The translations under genes and the position numbers were made by a program. From NCBI GenBank assembly GCA_030265395.1, contig JARFYF010000052.1:58397019-58461018 (forward strand): a stretch of DNA of 64,000 bases, in the 5' to 3' direction. Under the pieces are notes generated by a model, which was not told the origin of the DNA, made no database searches, and worked only from the letters and a program-made list of their open reading frames with translations. Position 1 is the stretch's first letter, and the number at the start of each line of letters is the position of its first letter. The stretch is from Rhina ancylostomus. Its lineage: Eukaryota. Positions 22,036-35,344 of the stretch are shown here, piece after piece.

Positions 22036-25000
22036 TCTGTTTGCTTTTGTTTTAGAATATTCCCTCTTTTAAAAGTATTTCCAGTTGGTGCAGGATTTTA
22101 ATTCCATTGGCCATTAACATACTGTTATTTGCAGTCAAGTGATTAAGGTGTAAATTCTCTTGCTCATCTATTTATTGCTATTATTTTGCAATGCCAAGAG
22201 ACTGTAAGGTTCCAAGAGGATTCAGAACACATTGCCATCTCCCTAATTAAATTTTGTACCTAGATGTGCTGTTCCTCAAACCATTATTGAAAACAATTTA
22301 TTCTCTTCTATTCAACTCATTGTACCTCACCATCCAGGGAAATTCTTCTCCCATGTTGTATGATCAAATGGTAATATTTTCACAAGTCATGGGTAGACTG
22401 GAAGGTGCTTACGTTGCACCGAAATGTTACTGTTAATCTTCCCACTCTTCTCATTTTAAAATTCAGAGAAGACAGTTTAGACAATATCAACCTGTAAATA
22501 ATCATCATTCTGTTCTTGTCAAGGACTGAAACATCCATATAATGGGTCAAGTAATAGTCAATGCCATTGATCCAGGTTCAAAAAAAGGAAACTAGCAAAT
22601 TAAGCACACAGTATACTTTTATAGACCAAATCACTAATCCACCCCCATACCCTGTAATTATCAGGTCTCTAATATCATTATTAGGCCAGTAATATCATCA
22701 TCATTATCATTTATAGTACTTTAAATATTATTCAATACAGAACACCTAAATGTGGTGGAGGAGTTGAATAATTCATAATCAAAATCAGAGCAGGATGTAA
22801 AAAGTGACTATAAATAAATAGTGGCAGAATTTGGTACCAGGTTCTCATATGATACTTATTTCTTTTAGGGTCTTAGAATATTTCTATGACATCACTCCAC
22901 AGCCTTGTTTTCAGGTTCAACAGCCTCTCATAACTCAATCCCTAAACATAGATAACCGTGTTACCCAGGAGAAGATGAATGTATGAAATGGATAGCCAAG
23001 AGAGACGGTGAAGGATGATTGTTAGAGCAAATTCAAGAAATGCTGTATGAAAAAATCTTGACGGAGCTTCAGGCAATGCTGCCTGTACTGACCACATCTG
23101 GTGGCAGTCCTTCTGTTTTGTGGTAATTTGTCTCTCATTTCTATTTCACACTCAGTCATTTCTGGTGGCTTTAACCATCAGCCATATTGTATAGACCAGA
23201 TAGTTAATTTTCCTTCCCTGAAGGATATTAAAAAAAAATCTGTGAAACAAGTGCAGCTGTTTGACATTAGTCCCTGGACAATAGAGTGTTTACCATCACT
23301 GTACTGGCTGTTAAGGTATCAGTGACCAGCAACAGGTTTCAGGCTAACAAAGAAATTATTTTGTTCATGCTAATCCTTTTGCATCTAACTACATCCTTAT
23401 GTTTCTGATACACAGGCTACAGACCGTGTAAGTGAGCAACTGTTACTTTCCCCCAAGCAAAACAGGAACAGTTGTGATTTGGCACCATAAGCAGGCACGG
23501 CTGAACATTTCGCACGATTTCCCAGTCGCCAACAGTTCCATGGTGGGTTCATGAATACTGTTATCCTGAGAAAGGAAAGCCAAGACTGCTCCGGGAAGTC
23601 ACTTCCAGGAGCAGTGCTTCAGCATTCCTATAAATCTATTGGTGCAGATTGCTGAACACCTGAAATATCCTGTAAACTGTTCTAAATATTAACATCCAGA
23701 GCATTAAGGACACGTGGGGATCAGCCTGAGCTGGCATAGCAGTCGCTAAGCTTTCATAGAAGCACTCAACATGACTTCTGTTTCTGCTGTAATGGAAGCT
23801 TAGACATTGTCCATCCAACACGGTGTAATCACTGGTACCTCCAGGAGTTAATGGAATTGCCCACTAGGCTGAAACAAATAGGCTGCAAGCTCTGTACAAA
23901 AACCTGTGCCAGCTGGGTTTCTGCACTCCTCCATGATCTGTGTCATTGCACACAGGCTTTCTGCAGGGTTGGCTAATGCACCAGGTGTTGGAATATGCAC
24001 GCCTATCAATTTTCTTCCAAAGGCAGGCCCATCAAAGTCCTCACCTGTACAACTCGTGCATGACCTCATCTTCAGGGGTGCAGACACCTATAATACTCTT
24101 TCCCACGGTCATGCCAATCGTACTTGGTAACTCAAATGTACATATAGATCCTGCCTCTAAGCCCAAGAGACTCTGCTCTCTGCTGGTTATTTGTATACAA
24201 GCTGGTTGCTACAAATAACAGGATGATTTTACCTTCACTCTCTTTCCCATTTTTCTATCATCTGTTAAGATTGGAATTCATGGCTGAATAAGAGCTGCAA
24301 AGCACAGGGGTAGGATTTTGGTGAGGTTTGGGTGAAAATAAGAGTTGCTTGCTTATACAATCTGTGGCCTGTGTAGCAGAAAGATAAGGATGTATTTGGA
24401 TGCAAAAATATTAGCATGAACAAATTGATTTATTTGGTAGCCTGAAAGCTGTCCCTGGTCCCTGATACCTGGTTACTGATACAGCTACGGCAGGCACTCT
24501 ATTGTCCAAGGAGTAATGTTCCGCAGCTATACTTTTCCCCATTTGTTAGCTGCTACTGGTGTCAATTGTGTGCTTGCTTATCCTGCAAGAAAAAGGGAAG
24601 CTTTCAATGAGAGTGGCACAATTTGCTTGGGTTATCTAATTAACAGTACAGGCAAGCTATAATACGTATGTGTAGGTGGAGTTGTGATAAATATTTGTAG
24701 TTGTGATGGGGCACAAAACTGGACTGAGTGATAGAAATTGCTTGGAGAATAATGAGGATTTGAGGTGCATCAAGCAGTGGGAAATGCTCCTGATGCATTT
24801 GGTAGAATATTTGAAGTTATGTTCATTGACCTTGACCATACATGTGAAGTGGCTAAACTTCTTGAAGCATGACATACAAATTTTCAGGCCTTGGTTCCTG
24901 ATTATGACTTCAAAAGCTGTCTCGTCACTAGGCCATCTAATGTGTTGGCAAATCGCAATCACCTCCATCACTGGTGCTGCCACAAAGCACGTTACCATTA

Positions 25001-25358
25001 TGCAATACGGACTAGCACCAGCTAATATAAGCAGTAAAAGCCATAACTTAAAATGTATCCGTGATGTGATAAGGCAAGCAACATATCAGTTAACACAGAT
25101 TTGACATTAAAATTGGCACACTAAGGCTGTACTAATTTGGTATGCAGCCTTCACCATTCAAATTAGCCCCCAGTCTTTATAAATTTCTATGTTGCAGCAT
25201 CCACTGCATATAATGTCCACTACAGATAGTGACCAATAAACAATGGGGATCCAAAAAAAAATTTAGAAGAAAGAAGGAAATGTTTTCAGGAGAAAGTTCA
25301 AGGAATATGGACTAAATGGATAGCTCTTTCAAAGAACAGGCATAGTCACAATGAACAG

Positions 25359-25625
25359 ATGCCTTCGACCTGGGTTCAATTCCTGCCACTGTCTGTAAGG
25401 AGTTTGTACGTTCTGCCCATGTCTGTGTGGGTTTCCCCCAGGTGCTCCGATTTCCTCCCACATTCCAAAGACGTGCAGGTTAGGAAGTTGTGGGCATGCT
25501 CTGTTGCTGCTGGAGAGTGGCAACACTTGCGGGCTGCCCCCAGCACATTCTCAGTAACGCAAAAAAATGCATTTCACTGTGTGTTTTCATGGACGTGTGA
25601 CTAATAAACATCTTGTCTTAAGATG
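25359..25625 (+). mobile_element. V-domain SINE (tail type B)
   Basis: gggttcaattcc B box, V core, and tail aaaatgcatttcactgtgtgttttcatggacgtgtgactaataaa. Confidence 0.8.
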
Positions 25626-26046
25626 TTATCTGTTGTTCAATGGCTTCTGGTAGATTACTCATCAGAGGGATTGTTTCATCATAAGAGCAGAAACACCACA
25701 AAACATCACTGAATGTATAAATTCAAACTTGGATTGTTGTGACTGCAGAGTTCTATAATTGAACCATTGTGTTATTATGATGTATCTTATTTATTTACAG
25801 TTATTAGGCAGTTTACCTGATATTTTTATTGATGATGAGGATTCATTGGCTCTGCTGAAGTCTAATCATCTCAAGTATGATTGTTTTCCTGCATTTGGAT
25901 TTCCTTGCATTTTGAAATGGCTTGTATTTTGTTTAAAGATTATTTCTGATTCTAGCCAAAAGAAATCAGCCTGAAGCTTTCCCTTTAGCTCCCAAATAAT
26001 TTTCTACTGTGCATGAATCTTTCAGGAGGAAAAAAACAGAGGAATC

Positions 26047-26052
26047 ATGCAG
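26047..26052 (+). CDS. PDCL2: PDCL2 first coding exon (MQ)
   Basis: GGAATC ATG CAG|gtaaca; supplies the MQ expected before DPNEDTEWND, phase 0. Confidence 0.75.
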
Positions 26053-28283
26053 GTAACAAAACGTTTTAGATATTCTTAAATCAAGTCAGAGGTTCTGAAT
26101 GGTGCATTGGAACACAATATTACCTTTTGATCCCTTTAGTCTGAGTTTGAACATTGTTTGGACAAGCAGGATAGAAAACATCCTCTTTTGGTATGTATAT
26201 TAAAATGAAGTATTTGGGTCCACAGCCTGAGAAGAGGCTGACTGTAATATTGAACTGACAATTAATTGAGAAATATCAGATGGATGTCAAATAAAATACA
26301 GTTGTTACCATGATTACACAGAGTTGCTTTTTTGAGCGAAAAGAGGTCAGCTTAGCTTCTATGGTTGACAAAATGTGATGGTGAGCTGTTACAATTGCCT
26401 GCTGCTCCCACCAAAGGTGTCACCATCTCCTGAGTGGAGAAAGTATCACCCAATGGGTTCTTCTCTAGGTTTGCAGATCAGGATCCAATGACAGGGTCCT
26501 AACTAAAGCCTCTTTGGGTAAGGAAGTGCTTCTTTCCACTAGGTCCATCCAGCATGGAGAGATGATGAAGAAAAAAGCAAAATGCCTGCAGATGTTGGAA
26601 ATCTGCAATGGAAACAGAATTTTCAGCATTTTCTGATTTTACTTCAAGTATGTTTTTACATGAAGTAGTTGGGATCTGAGCCACAAGAATAGGTGTTCAT
26701 CCTTTATCTGACTTCCTCATGGGCTCAGGAGAAGGATATATTTTCTGGGTCCCCAAAATAAAGTTTAGATACTTAGTTTTCCTCTTACTTGACTGTGAGG
26801 TTTTCAAAAACATTCTCCAAACTACATTTGTGAATACTGACATCCAACCTTTTGTGCTCACCAGTGGCTAACAGCGTGCTTCTTATGTAATCCATCAGCA
26901 GACTGTTGCTTCTCACGAGGAGACTGATGTATCTTCTGCCCACCTTGGGTTGCAGCTGGAAGACTTCTGTCCCATGCTACAATCTGTATTTTAAGAACCT
27001 ATTAAGGTGGAATTGGAATAGTTACTTTTAACCTCCATGGTAGACAGAATTAGGAAGGTGTGCTGAACTTTGTTCAGCACCTAACTTGAGTGAGATCACT
27101 TGAGCCAATATTATTTGATGCTGAGAGTAGTTGCTATGAAAGAATGGAAAATATTTTTATGAACAGTAACATTCCAAATACTTGATAAGAAGTAAATAGA
27201 AATAGCAGATGAAAACCCATCCTGTAGATAAAAATGTTAAAGTAGAATTATATTTTAACAAGCAAAAAAGAAAATGAATGTATACACAACTTCTTAATAG
27301 GACTATCTTTTTATTTGAATGCTNNNNNNNNNNNNNNNNNNNNGTACATTCCTGGAAAAAGTGATTAGTTCATGAATGCTAGACAATTCTAAATTAAAAA
27401 TAAAGTTTCTGGGAATGGGTGACCTGCAGAAAGGAACAGATATAGATGCTCCATGACTTAGAAGTATTTTCCAATATGCAAAGAAATGTTTTGAACAAGA
27501 CCTGTATACTTATAAATTCCAAACTACAAGAGTTTTCTTTCCATTTAGGGTCAGTTTATAAAATAAAATTCCAATGACAACATTTAAAGAACTTAACTCT
27601 GACCTGCAGTAACATTTGCTTTTTTAAAATCTGCATCATAACTGCTCAGCAGCGGTGAAAGGTACATAAATTTCTCACCAGTGTGGTTGATTTGCGAACA
27701 TTGCCAATTTAGCCCACTTGTACTGACTGCATCAGTTGCTTTCTTATCAGCAACTGCACTGGCCTGTACTAGCTTAGTTTCGACTCTACTGTGCAGTTGT
27801 TATTTTGTGGTTTGTAGAATGATCCTTGCATCTTTGGAGGTAAATATCTGTAAATAGCAATACATAGCTATAATAGATTATTCAGACTTCTTGTACAAGT
27901 CTGATACAGTCCAACTTACTGCCAGATCATAACATTTCTGATCTCATGTAAAGGCAAAACAGGTAGTTTCCATAAACATAATGATGGTTTGATTTTACTC
28001 ATTTGAAGAGTAAAATTAAAGTAACCTCAAGGAAGTCATAACACACTGAGGGAAAAGTTCCTATTGGTAGATAATGAAAATCATTTCGAGGAGCGCAGAT
28101 GTGTATCAGTGTCTACTTTAGAGCCATAGGTCAAAATAATTATTAGCTAGGACGGCATGGGGATGATTTGAAGACATGGGCTGTTGAGTTCCTGTTAAGT
28201 TTAAAGTATTACTTCTTCCCCCATCAGGCAGCCTTCTAATTTGTAGGATAACAGGATATCAGAAAGCCAAGTATCTCTGGGAA

Positions 28284-28420
28284 TCATTCTTCTCCTGAGG
28301 CAGTCATACAGGGCTGAGTATGATATGCTTCCACTCCAGTTATGTGGGTCCTAAGGTGGCAGATAAGACCAATGTGGGACCTATGGACTTTGCCACAGGT
28401 GCTGCAGGTGGTCTTTGATA
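28284..28420 (-). mobile_element. RTE-type LINE 3' end
   Basis: Minus ORF TCSTCGKVHRSHIGLICHLRTH is the C2H2-like terminal motif of RTE elements. Confidence 0.6.
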
Positions 28421-29159
28421 GGCAGGTAGCTGTAACATGCATTCCGTCATTAATCTGTGCTACAGACTGGACAGGGTCCAATGTTTCACCTGGCTGGAGG
28501 GGCCCAGGACAAGGGGTCATAGGATATAGGGTAAGACACTTAGGGCTGGGATGAGGGTGCTGAAAATACAGGGTTCTTTTCCACAAAACGAAGTGGAAGC
28601 CAAGTCTGAATATTTTAATGTAGACAAATCTAGACACAAAAGGCATCAAGTGTTATGGGAAGTCAGCACAAATATGGTATTGAGATAGAGGATCATCCAT
28701 GACCATATTGAATGGTGGAGCAAGCTAAAGGACCAAATAGCCTATCCTTCTCCCATTTCCCATTCATCTGTGGACTCATTTCCCAATGTCTTCTCCAATG
28801 TTCCTTCTCCAATTTGAATGATCAGGGATTCCCATGGTTAATGGGACTGTTGCACTTTTTCAAAGAAATGGTCTCTGTGCCTGGGAACATATCATTAGTT
28901 ACATATCTGATGCCAGGAAATTGTCAGACACACTTCTACGGACCCTAACCAGAAGTCCTGGCTCCAATTTCCCAATAGGCTAAATTTCAACAGGAAATGC
29001 TCACTTGCATTATTTAGTCAGGGAAAAAATATCTTTTCTGTGGGACTTGCACCTAAGAAGTAGGTACCACACATTCCTTTCATATTTTGAAATTGCTCAG
29101 AACAATGCTCATTTATAACTTATGATTCATTTAGAAACATTACATCAGGGTGGTTCAAA

Positions 29160-31185
29160 AAAATCAAGGTTATCAGGCAAAGCAATCATGGTTTTGTGGA
29201 AAGGAACTTGTGTTTGACCAACACTGGTGTTCTTTGAAGAAGCCACCTGCACTGTGGATTAAGGGGGGAACCAGTGAATTAACTCAACTTAGATCTCTAG
29301 AGGGTATTTGATAAAGTGGTGCATCAAAGGTTATTGCAGAAAATCATGCGTAAGGAGGCAACATATTGGTATGGATAGAAAATTAACTGACAAATGAGAA
29401 ACAAAGACCATAAGTGGGCCTTTTATTTTGGTTGGGAAGGTATGAAGAGTGGTGTGCCATAGGGGATGGTGCTGGGGAGGGCCCAACTTTTTACTATTTG
29501 TTTAAATAAATTGGCAATGAAGATGTGGTTCCTCAGCATCCTAATGACACAAAGGAAGGTCAGGAAGTAAGTGGTGAAGAGGACATAAGGAGGCTACAAA
29601 GGGATATAAATAGGTTTAAGTTAAGATAGGTTTCTGGAAAATGGAGTATAATGTGGGAAAATGTGAAATTGTCCATTTTGGCAGGAAAAATAAGACAGAA
29701 ACTTATTATCTAAATGGTCAGTGACTCCAGAGATCTGTGATGCAGAGTGACCTGGGTGCCCTGGTGTATGATTTGTAAATGGCCCATATGGAGATAATGT
29801 AGACACAAGAAATTCTGCAGATGCTAGATAATGCAAATACTTAGGAGAGCCAGCAGAACATGATTGTTTTTTGCTAGGGGCATTGAATATATATGTTGGG
29901 AATTTATGCCTTGGTTGCAGTAAAACTCTGAAAATCTAGCACTTTTGGGTCTTCAGTAGTGCCGGATTAGCAGATCTTCCAGAATATTGAATGTTATTTC
30001 AATTAATATCCAAGCACACTTTAATTTCACTTTTTTAAAACTTGGTACACAGTGGTATAGTAAATTCTACAGTGAACCCAGTGAGTTTAAAGGGAGTGGG
30101 AAACATAAAATTACTTTGGACCCTGGATCCAGCCACAAGCTTGCCCACATTCCTGACCCCTGTGCTCCAGGTGCCAAACGTGGCTCTGACCACACATCCA
30201 GCCGCACACCTGGCGCACAGGCTGGAGCCCATTCCCGGCTGCACTCTGGATGTCTGGCTGCACCCCAGCTCACATTGGAGACAAGTAAGTGAGTCATATG
30301 CCAAACCATCAGGACTTTTGAACAACCAGACGCTGGATCATCAGAAGTTTACTGTGTTAATAAGAGTAATAACCAATGGTCTGGAAAATCTGTCAGTCTG
30401 GTGCCAGCAAAGCCTTGTGGGTGTTGGAGATTTACTGTATTGGTCACTGTGGTATCACATCTGGAGTGCTGCGTAAGGATGTTAAAGAGTTGAAAGCAGT
30501 TCAGAGAAGGTTAACTAGACTAATACCTGGAATGGGTAGGTTGTCTTCTGAGGAAAACTTGAATAGGCTCAAGTTGTATCCACTAGAGTTTAGAAATGAG
30601 AGAGGGCACATGAGAGTGGAAGGGATATTTCCTGTTGTGGGAGAATCTAGAACTAAGTTGTCACTGTTTAAAAATAAGTGCAGGCAGAAGGGATTAGTTT
30701 AATTAGGTGTTATNNNNNNNNNNNNNNNNNNNNNNNNNNNNNNNNNNNNNNNNNNNNNNNNNNNNNNNNNNNNNNNNNNNNNNNNNNNNNNNNNNNNNNN
30801 NNNNNNNNNNNNNACTGTTTAAAAATAAGTGCAGGCAGAAGGGATTAGTTTAATTAGGTGTTATTAGCTTAATTAGTTTGGCACAACATGGTTGGCCAAA
30901 GTGTCTGTTCCTGTGCTGTGCTGTTCTATGTTCTAAGTGGTTGTCCATTTAAGTCAGGGATGAGATGATTTTTTTTCCCCTCTGAGGACTGTGAGTCTTT
31001 GGAACTCTCTTCCTCAAAGAGCAGTGGAATCAGGGTCTTAAGACAGATGTAGATGGATATTTGTTAAACAAGGGGTGAAATGTTACCACAGTTAGATGGG
31101 AATGGAGAGCTGAGGTTACAATCACATCAGCTGTGATCCTATTAAATGGCTGAACAGGCTGGAGGGGTTGAGTGCTGCTCATAAT
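29160..31185 (+). mobile_element. Decayed CR1-type LINE (RT to 3' end) with nested insertions
   Basis: caatcatggttttgtg...gtatttgataaagtggtgcatcaaaggtta, and the translation KDVKELKAVQRRLTRLIPGMGRLSSEENLNRLKLYPLEFR, typical of the CR1 ORF2 C-terminus. Confidence 0.8.
29918..30437. mobile_element. Tc1/mariner-Tigger-like non-autonomous DNA transposon nested in CR1
   Basis: Left end CAGTAAAACTCTGAAAATC; right-end matches GATCATCAGAAGTTTACTG (ends 30354) and GGAGATTTACTG-TA (ends 30437). CR1 sequence resumes afterwards. Confidence 0.55.
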
Positions 31186-31310
31186 TCACATGCTTGTTTT
31201 TGTTATTTATGAATGGTCTTTCTATATCCACATTGTGCAAAGATATAAACTTATTGTCTGAGTAATGGTTGGTAATTTGAAACAGAAATCAGAATTTTCC
31301 TTTCCTATAG

Positions 31311-31431
31311 GATCCCAATGAAGATACTGAATGGAATGATGTCTTGCGGAGTTTTGGCATCATCCCTCCAAAAGAGCAACCAAGGGATGAAGTTGAAGAA
31401 ATGGTTTTACGTTTACAGGAGGAAGCAAAAG
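31311..31431 (+). CDS. PDCL2: Phosducin-like 2, coding exon 2
   Basis: tttcctatag|GAT...AAA G|gtgata; DPNEDTEWNDVLRSFGIIPPKEQPRDEVEEMVLRLQEEAK. EEMVLRLQ is PDCL2-type rather than PDCL3-type. Confidence 0.96.
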
Positions 31432-33397
31432 GTGATAGTTTAAGTTTACCTGAGTATATAAAGACACAAAGTTATTAGAATTGTGACAAGACAGAAGCCT
31501 ATACTGTATGCAGTAAAACCACTGCTAAAACTTATTGTAATATATTTTCTTTAAATAAAATGCAGCACTAATGACATCTCCAGTGAAGCTTTAAAATAAA
31601 GTGTCTTTATGAAAAGTACCCATATAAAATGGAATGATGGTACACTGAGTAAATAAAATACCCATAAATAAATAGATCAAATACAAGCAATTCCAAAGTA
31701 GCACTTAGAAACGATTAGTGAATTGAAAATTGAGCTGCTTTAAATTGTTATTGAATAACCAAAGCTAGTAGTGAACATTATGAAAATATAGCCATGAATG
31801 CTGAATTCAATTCGATCATGATTGTACAACCTGCCTGCACCAGCAGTCCATGGAAATCTTCTTGTGTTCTGTGCTCTTGGACACTCCCAATTCAATTTCA
31901 GGCAGAATTACACCTTTACGAATGCTGATTTTAATCACCTTAAACCTACATTGTGTAGTCTAGGAATGTAACATAAAAACCTTTTGTGAAGTGATCTCGA
32001 CCTTTTCTTTAAATATCTTCCCCATACGTGATTTCAATTCACCACTAGTGAGCCATGGAGAGTCTGAAATGTATGGTATTAAGTTTGTTTATTTCATAGC
32101 AGTGTGAACATTCAGAGCAATTGCTATTATTAGAATCACCTATTCATGTATAATTTTTTTTGCATAACAATGCAATAATTAGTACACAATGCTTCTCCAC
32201 TTCCATGGTGGTATGTTTCTTCCACATTCCATTCTGCAGGAAGCTTTTCTGAATGTGATTGACTTTCCAATCTCTACACCTCACTTCCTCCCGTTCAATA
32301 ATAGAAAAGAAACAAAGATTCTTCAAGGGAGTTGTTATAGGATAATTTTCACTTAGTGAATCATCAGAATAATTGATTATTATTTATAATGTATGGGAAA
32401 ACAATATAGGAACTGTGTAATAGGATTTTAATTAACTAAAATTTCATAGCTTCTTTAAACAATGTGTACATGTATGTAGTACATTTCAAAACACCATTTT
32501 TAAGTTAACTGCTATTCTGCTTAATTTGCAGAAAGTAGATCAAAATTTGTGAAATAGGATAGCCAATTTCAGCACAATATCTGAATAAGTCATGAATAGT
32601 TTTAATCCATTACTCTGCCAAATTGAAGCAAGAGGAAATGGACAATATTATTCATCAAATTTCTATTACAACAAAGACAAAAATGAACATGCTCACTGGT
32701 TGCTAATTTTTCTGACAATTTGATAAATACTCCACTCATAAAACAGAATTAACTGCACAGTGTTATTATCCAATACTAAATTGATATTTTATCTCTGTTC
32801 GTCTGATGCAACTTAATTTATATTAATTCTTTATGACAAGCAGTGAATTGTTTTTAGTGTGGTGCTACAATAGCAATGGAACATACACAAAGCCCCATTA
32901 TAATATTTATTCTGAACAATAAAAAATAAGAAATCCTAAGAACATGATATAACGTTATCATGATATTAGAAATTTAAACAAACATTGAAAATGCTGGAAA
33001 TACTCAGCAGATCAGGCATCTGTGTGAGGAGCCATTATGTTAATGTTTCAGGTTGGGGCCCTATTTCAGAACAACTTTCTGTTTTGTTTTAGATTTCCAA
33101 CATTTGCAGTTTTTGTTTGATTTACATTGGAAATGTATTTGTCCAGGGATGATTTTCCGACCACAACATGGTTAGAAGTGCTTCCACTCTGTAACAATAA
33201 GTTTGTCAATGGAAACCCCACTTACACCACAAATAGTCTTCCACTTTACTTCTGGCAAAATTATTGTAATGTTTTGAGCAATGTTCCTGTTGTGGACCCA
33301 TATGTTACCAATGTACTGTTGGCACCCAATGTCAAAACAAAATCATTCAGTAATTATACACACTGATGTATTATTTCCGAACATCTTCTTCTTACAG

Positions 33398-33488
33398 TTA
33401 AGCCTTATGAACGGATGAATCTTGCAGAGCTGAAGGAAGCAGAGGATGAGTTTGATGAGGAGGATGAACATGCTATTGAAATGTACAG
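33398..33488 (+). CDS. PDCL2: PDCL2 coding exon 3
   Basis: cttacag|TT...TAC AG|gttagc; (V)KPYERMNLAELKEAEDEFDEEDEHAIEMY(R). Confidence 0.96.
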
Positions 33489-34936
33489 GTTAGCATAACG
33501 AATTCTAAACAGTTGCAACACTGAAGGGATCTCTTTTGATTTACACTCTGGGTATTGTGTATCTGCAGATCAAGGTCTATTAATATATCCCGCTTTCTTA
33601 CAGTTCCAGTAGTGTATGCATAAGTTTTAAAAGGATCAAAGAGAATTTTGGAAGATTAGGAGTAAGTTAGCCAATATAAAATATGAAAACTTACACTTCT
33701 CCATACTTTGGAAGGAACTTTACCTGCTAAGAATGCATTTTTGAAAATTCACACAGCAATCACCATACACCATCGCTTGAAGGCACTGAAACTCCCCTCC
33801 CCTCCATTCCCTATGATCCCACTCACTGATCTCCCACTACACTGATCTGCCCTGGCGCATGACACAACAATCCCCCAAAACCCCTGGCAGAGACTGTGAT
33901 CTCCAGCCATTCAGACTCCACTCCACCTGCTGCTTACCTGAACCCTGATCTGACCTGATAACCTGAACATCATTGCTGACATCATTACATCCATCCCTTC
34001 CTAACTCAAGGCCCTAACTAGTCCCAGAAACTGAATGTTTCTCTCTCTACTCACTCACCCTCCTGGATCCAGCTTTGACCCTGAATAACTTTAATTCACA
34101 AACAGTTGCAATGCTCTACTGGCATTTGCAGTGGTGAAACCACAACCAATACGGTCATTGTCACACCACTGTTAAGACTACCTAACATCCCAATTAGATT
34201 ACACTAGAATTTCTAGGCAAGCATGCTTATATAACCACAAATGGTGCTTAGGGGGTCAACTTTACTCAGGGGCACTTCATTTGTGTGGAGGTTTACCCAC
34301 TGGAAAGAAATGCCTGGAATTTAGGTGCTTCCCCCTCAATTTTCCGGTTTTAATTGGAGGTAGGGATTTGTAATATTATCCCTGTATATAACAGGCATAC
34401 TTATGAGGAATTATAGTTCAATGGAGTTTTAATTCTGGCATTACAGTGGTTGATGTAATGATGTTTATGAAAACACAAATGTAAAAGTCCACAGGTCTTG
34501 TATTGGGTTGATCACTAGCTGAGTCAAACATGAACTGTACTGTTAGGGTTTAGAGATACTAACCACAAAAAATTCCCACATTTCTGGCCACTCTATCTTG
34601 TTTCTATGGCCCATGAAGAACCTTGAGGATATCCTTTGAGTGCCGTGCCTTACAATAATACATCATAGTTGGCACTGCTGAGGCACACTTACAAGTACCA
34701 GCAACTTGCTCCTTCCATAGGAAAATCTCCATCAGTCAAATTTAGGACAATCTGTGTCCTTAAGCTTGAACAGCAAGAAGACCATTATGATTATATCAGG
34801 ACAGTGGGACCCACTTGTTTGGGTACTTAAAGTGAGAGATTTGGGAAATGGGAACTGCATTTATGATTTGTCATTGCACTTCATAGATTTGCAAATATGA
34901 GTTCCACACTGAAAATAGGTCACCTTTGTGTTTTAG

Positions 34937-35080
34937 ACGCCAGAGAGTGGCAGAATGGCAAGCTGCACAGAGAAAAAGCAGATTTGGTGAGTTGGCTGAA
35001 CTCCAAGGAGATGAATACGTAAAACAAATTACTTATGCCGGAGAAGATATATGGGTCATACTTCACCTTTATAGACCTGG
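34937..35080 (+). CDS. PDCL2: PDCL2 coding exon 4
   Basis: tgtgttttag|A...CCT GG|gtacgt; RQRVAEWQAAQRKSRFGELAELQGDEYVKQITYAGEDIWVILHLYRP(G). Confidence 0.96.
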
Positions 35081-35344
35081 GTACGTAGTCAATCAATCCT
35101 CAGTCATTTAAGTTGTGCTATCAACTTACAAAGTTTCAACATGCAACAAACATGCAACTACAAACTATAATGTCCCATTTCATGTATATTACTATTAAAT
35201 GGGATAGGAATATTTTTCTCACTCATGAAAATACCAATATTTTTACATTGCTTCAAATTACGGAACAATACTTTAAGATCAAGAACATTATTTTGTTGGT
35301 AAATATTAATAATATGGAAGTTTTTCAAAGGTTGTGCTCACATT

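Noticed and set aside
27818-27839. Possible alternative PDCL2 start exon (ATG ATC CTT GCA TCT TTG GAG|gtaaat = MILASLE)
   Set aside because: It is phase-compatible, but the family starts MQDPN, which 26047-26052 supplies; no other support.
30663-30863. Direct repeats flanking ~100-N gaps (also 42843/42972, 57921/58067, 62907/63059)
   Set aside because: Pattern of unmerged overlapping contig ends; assembly artefact rather than real duplication.
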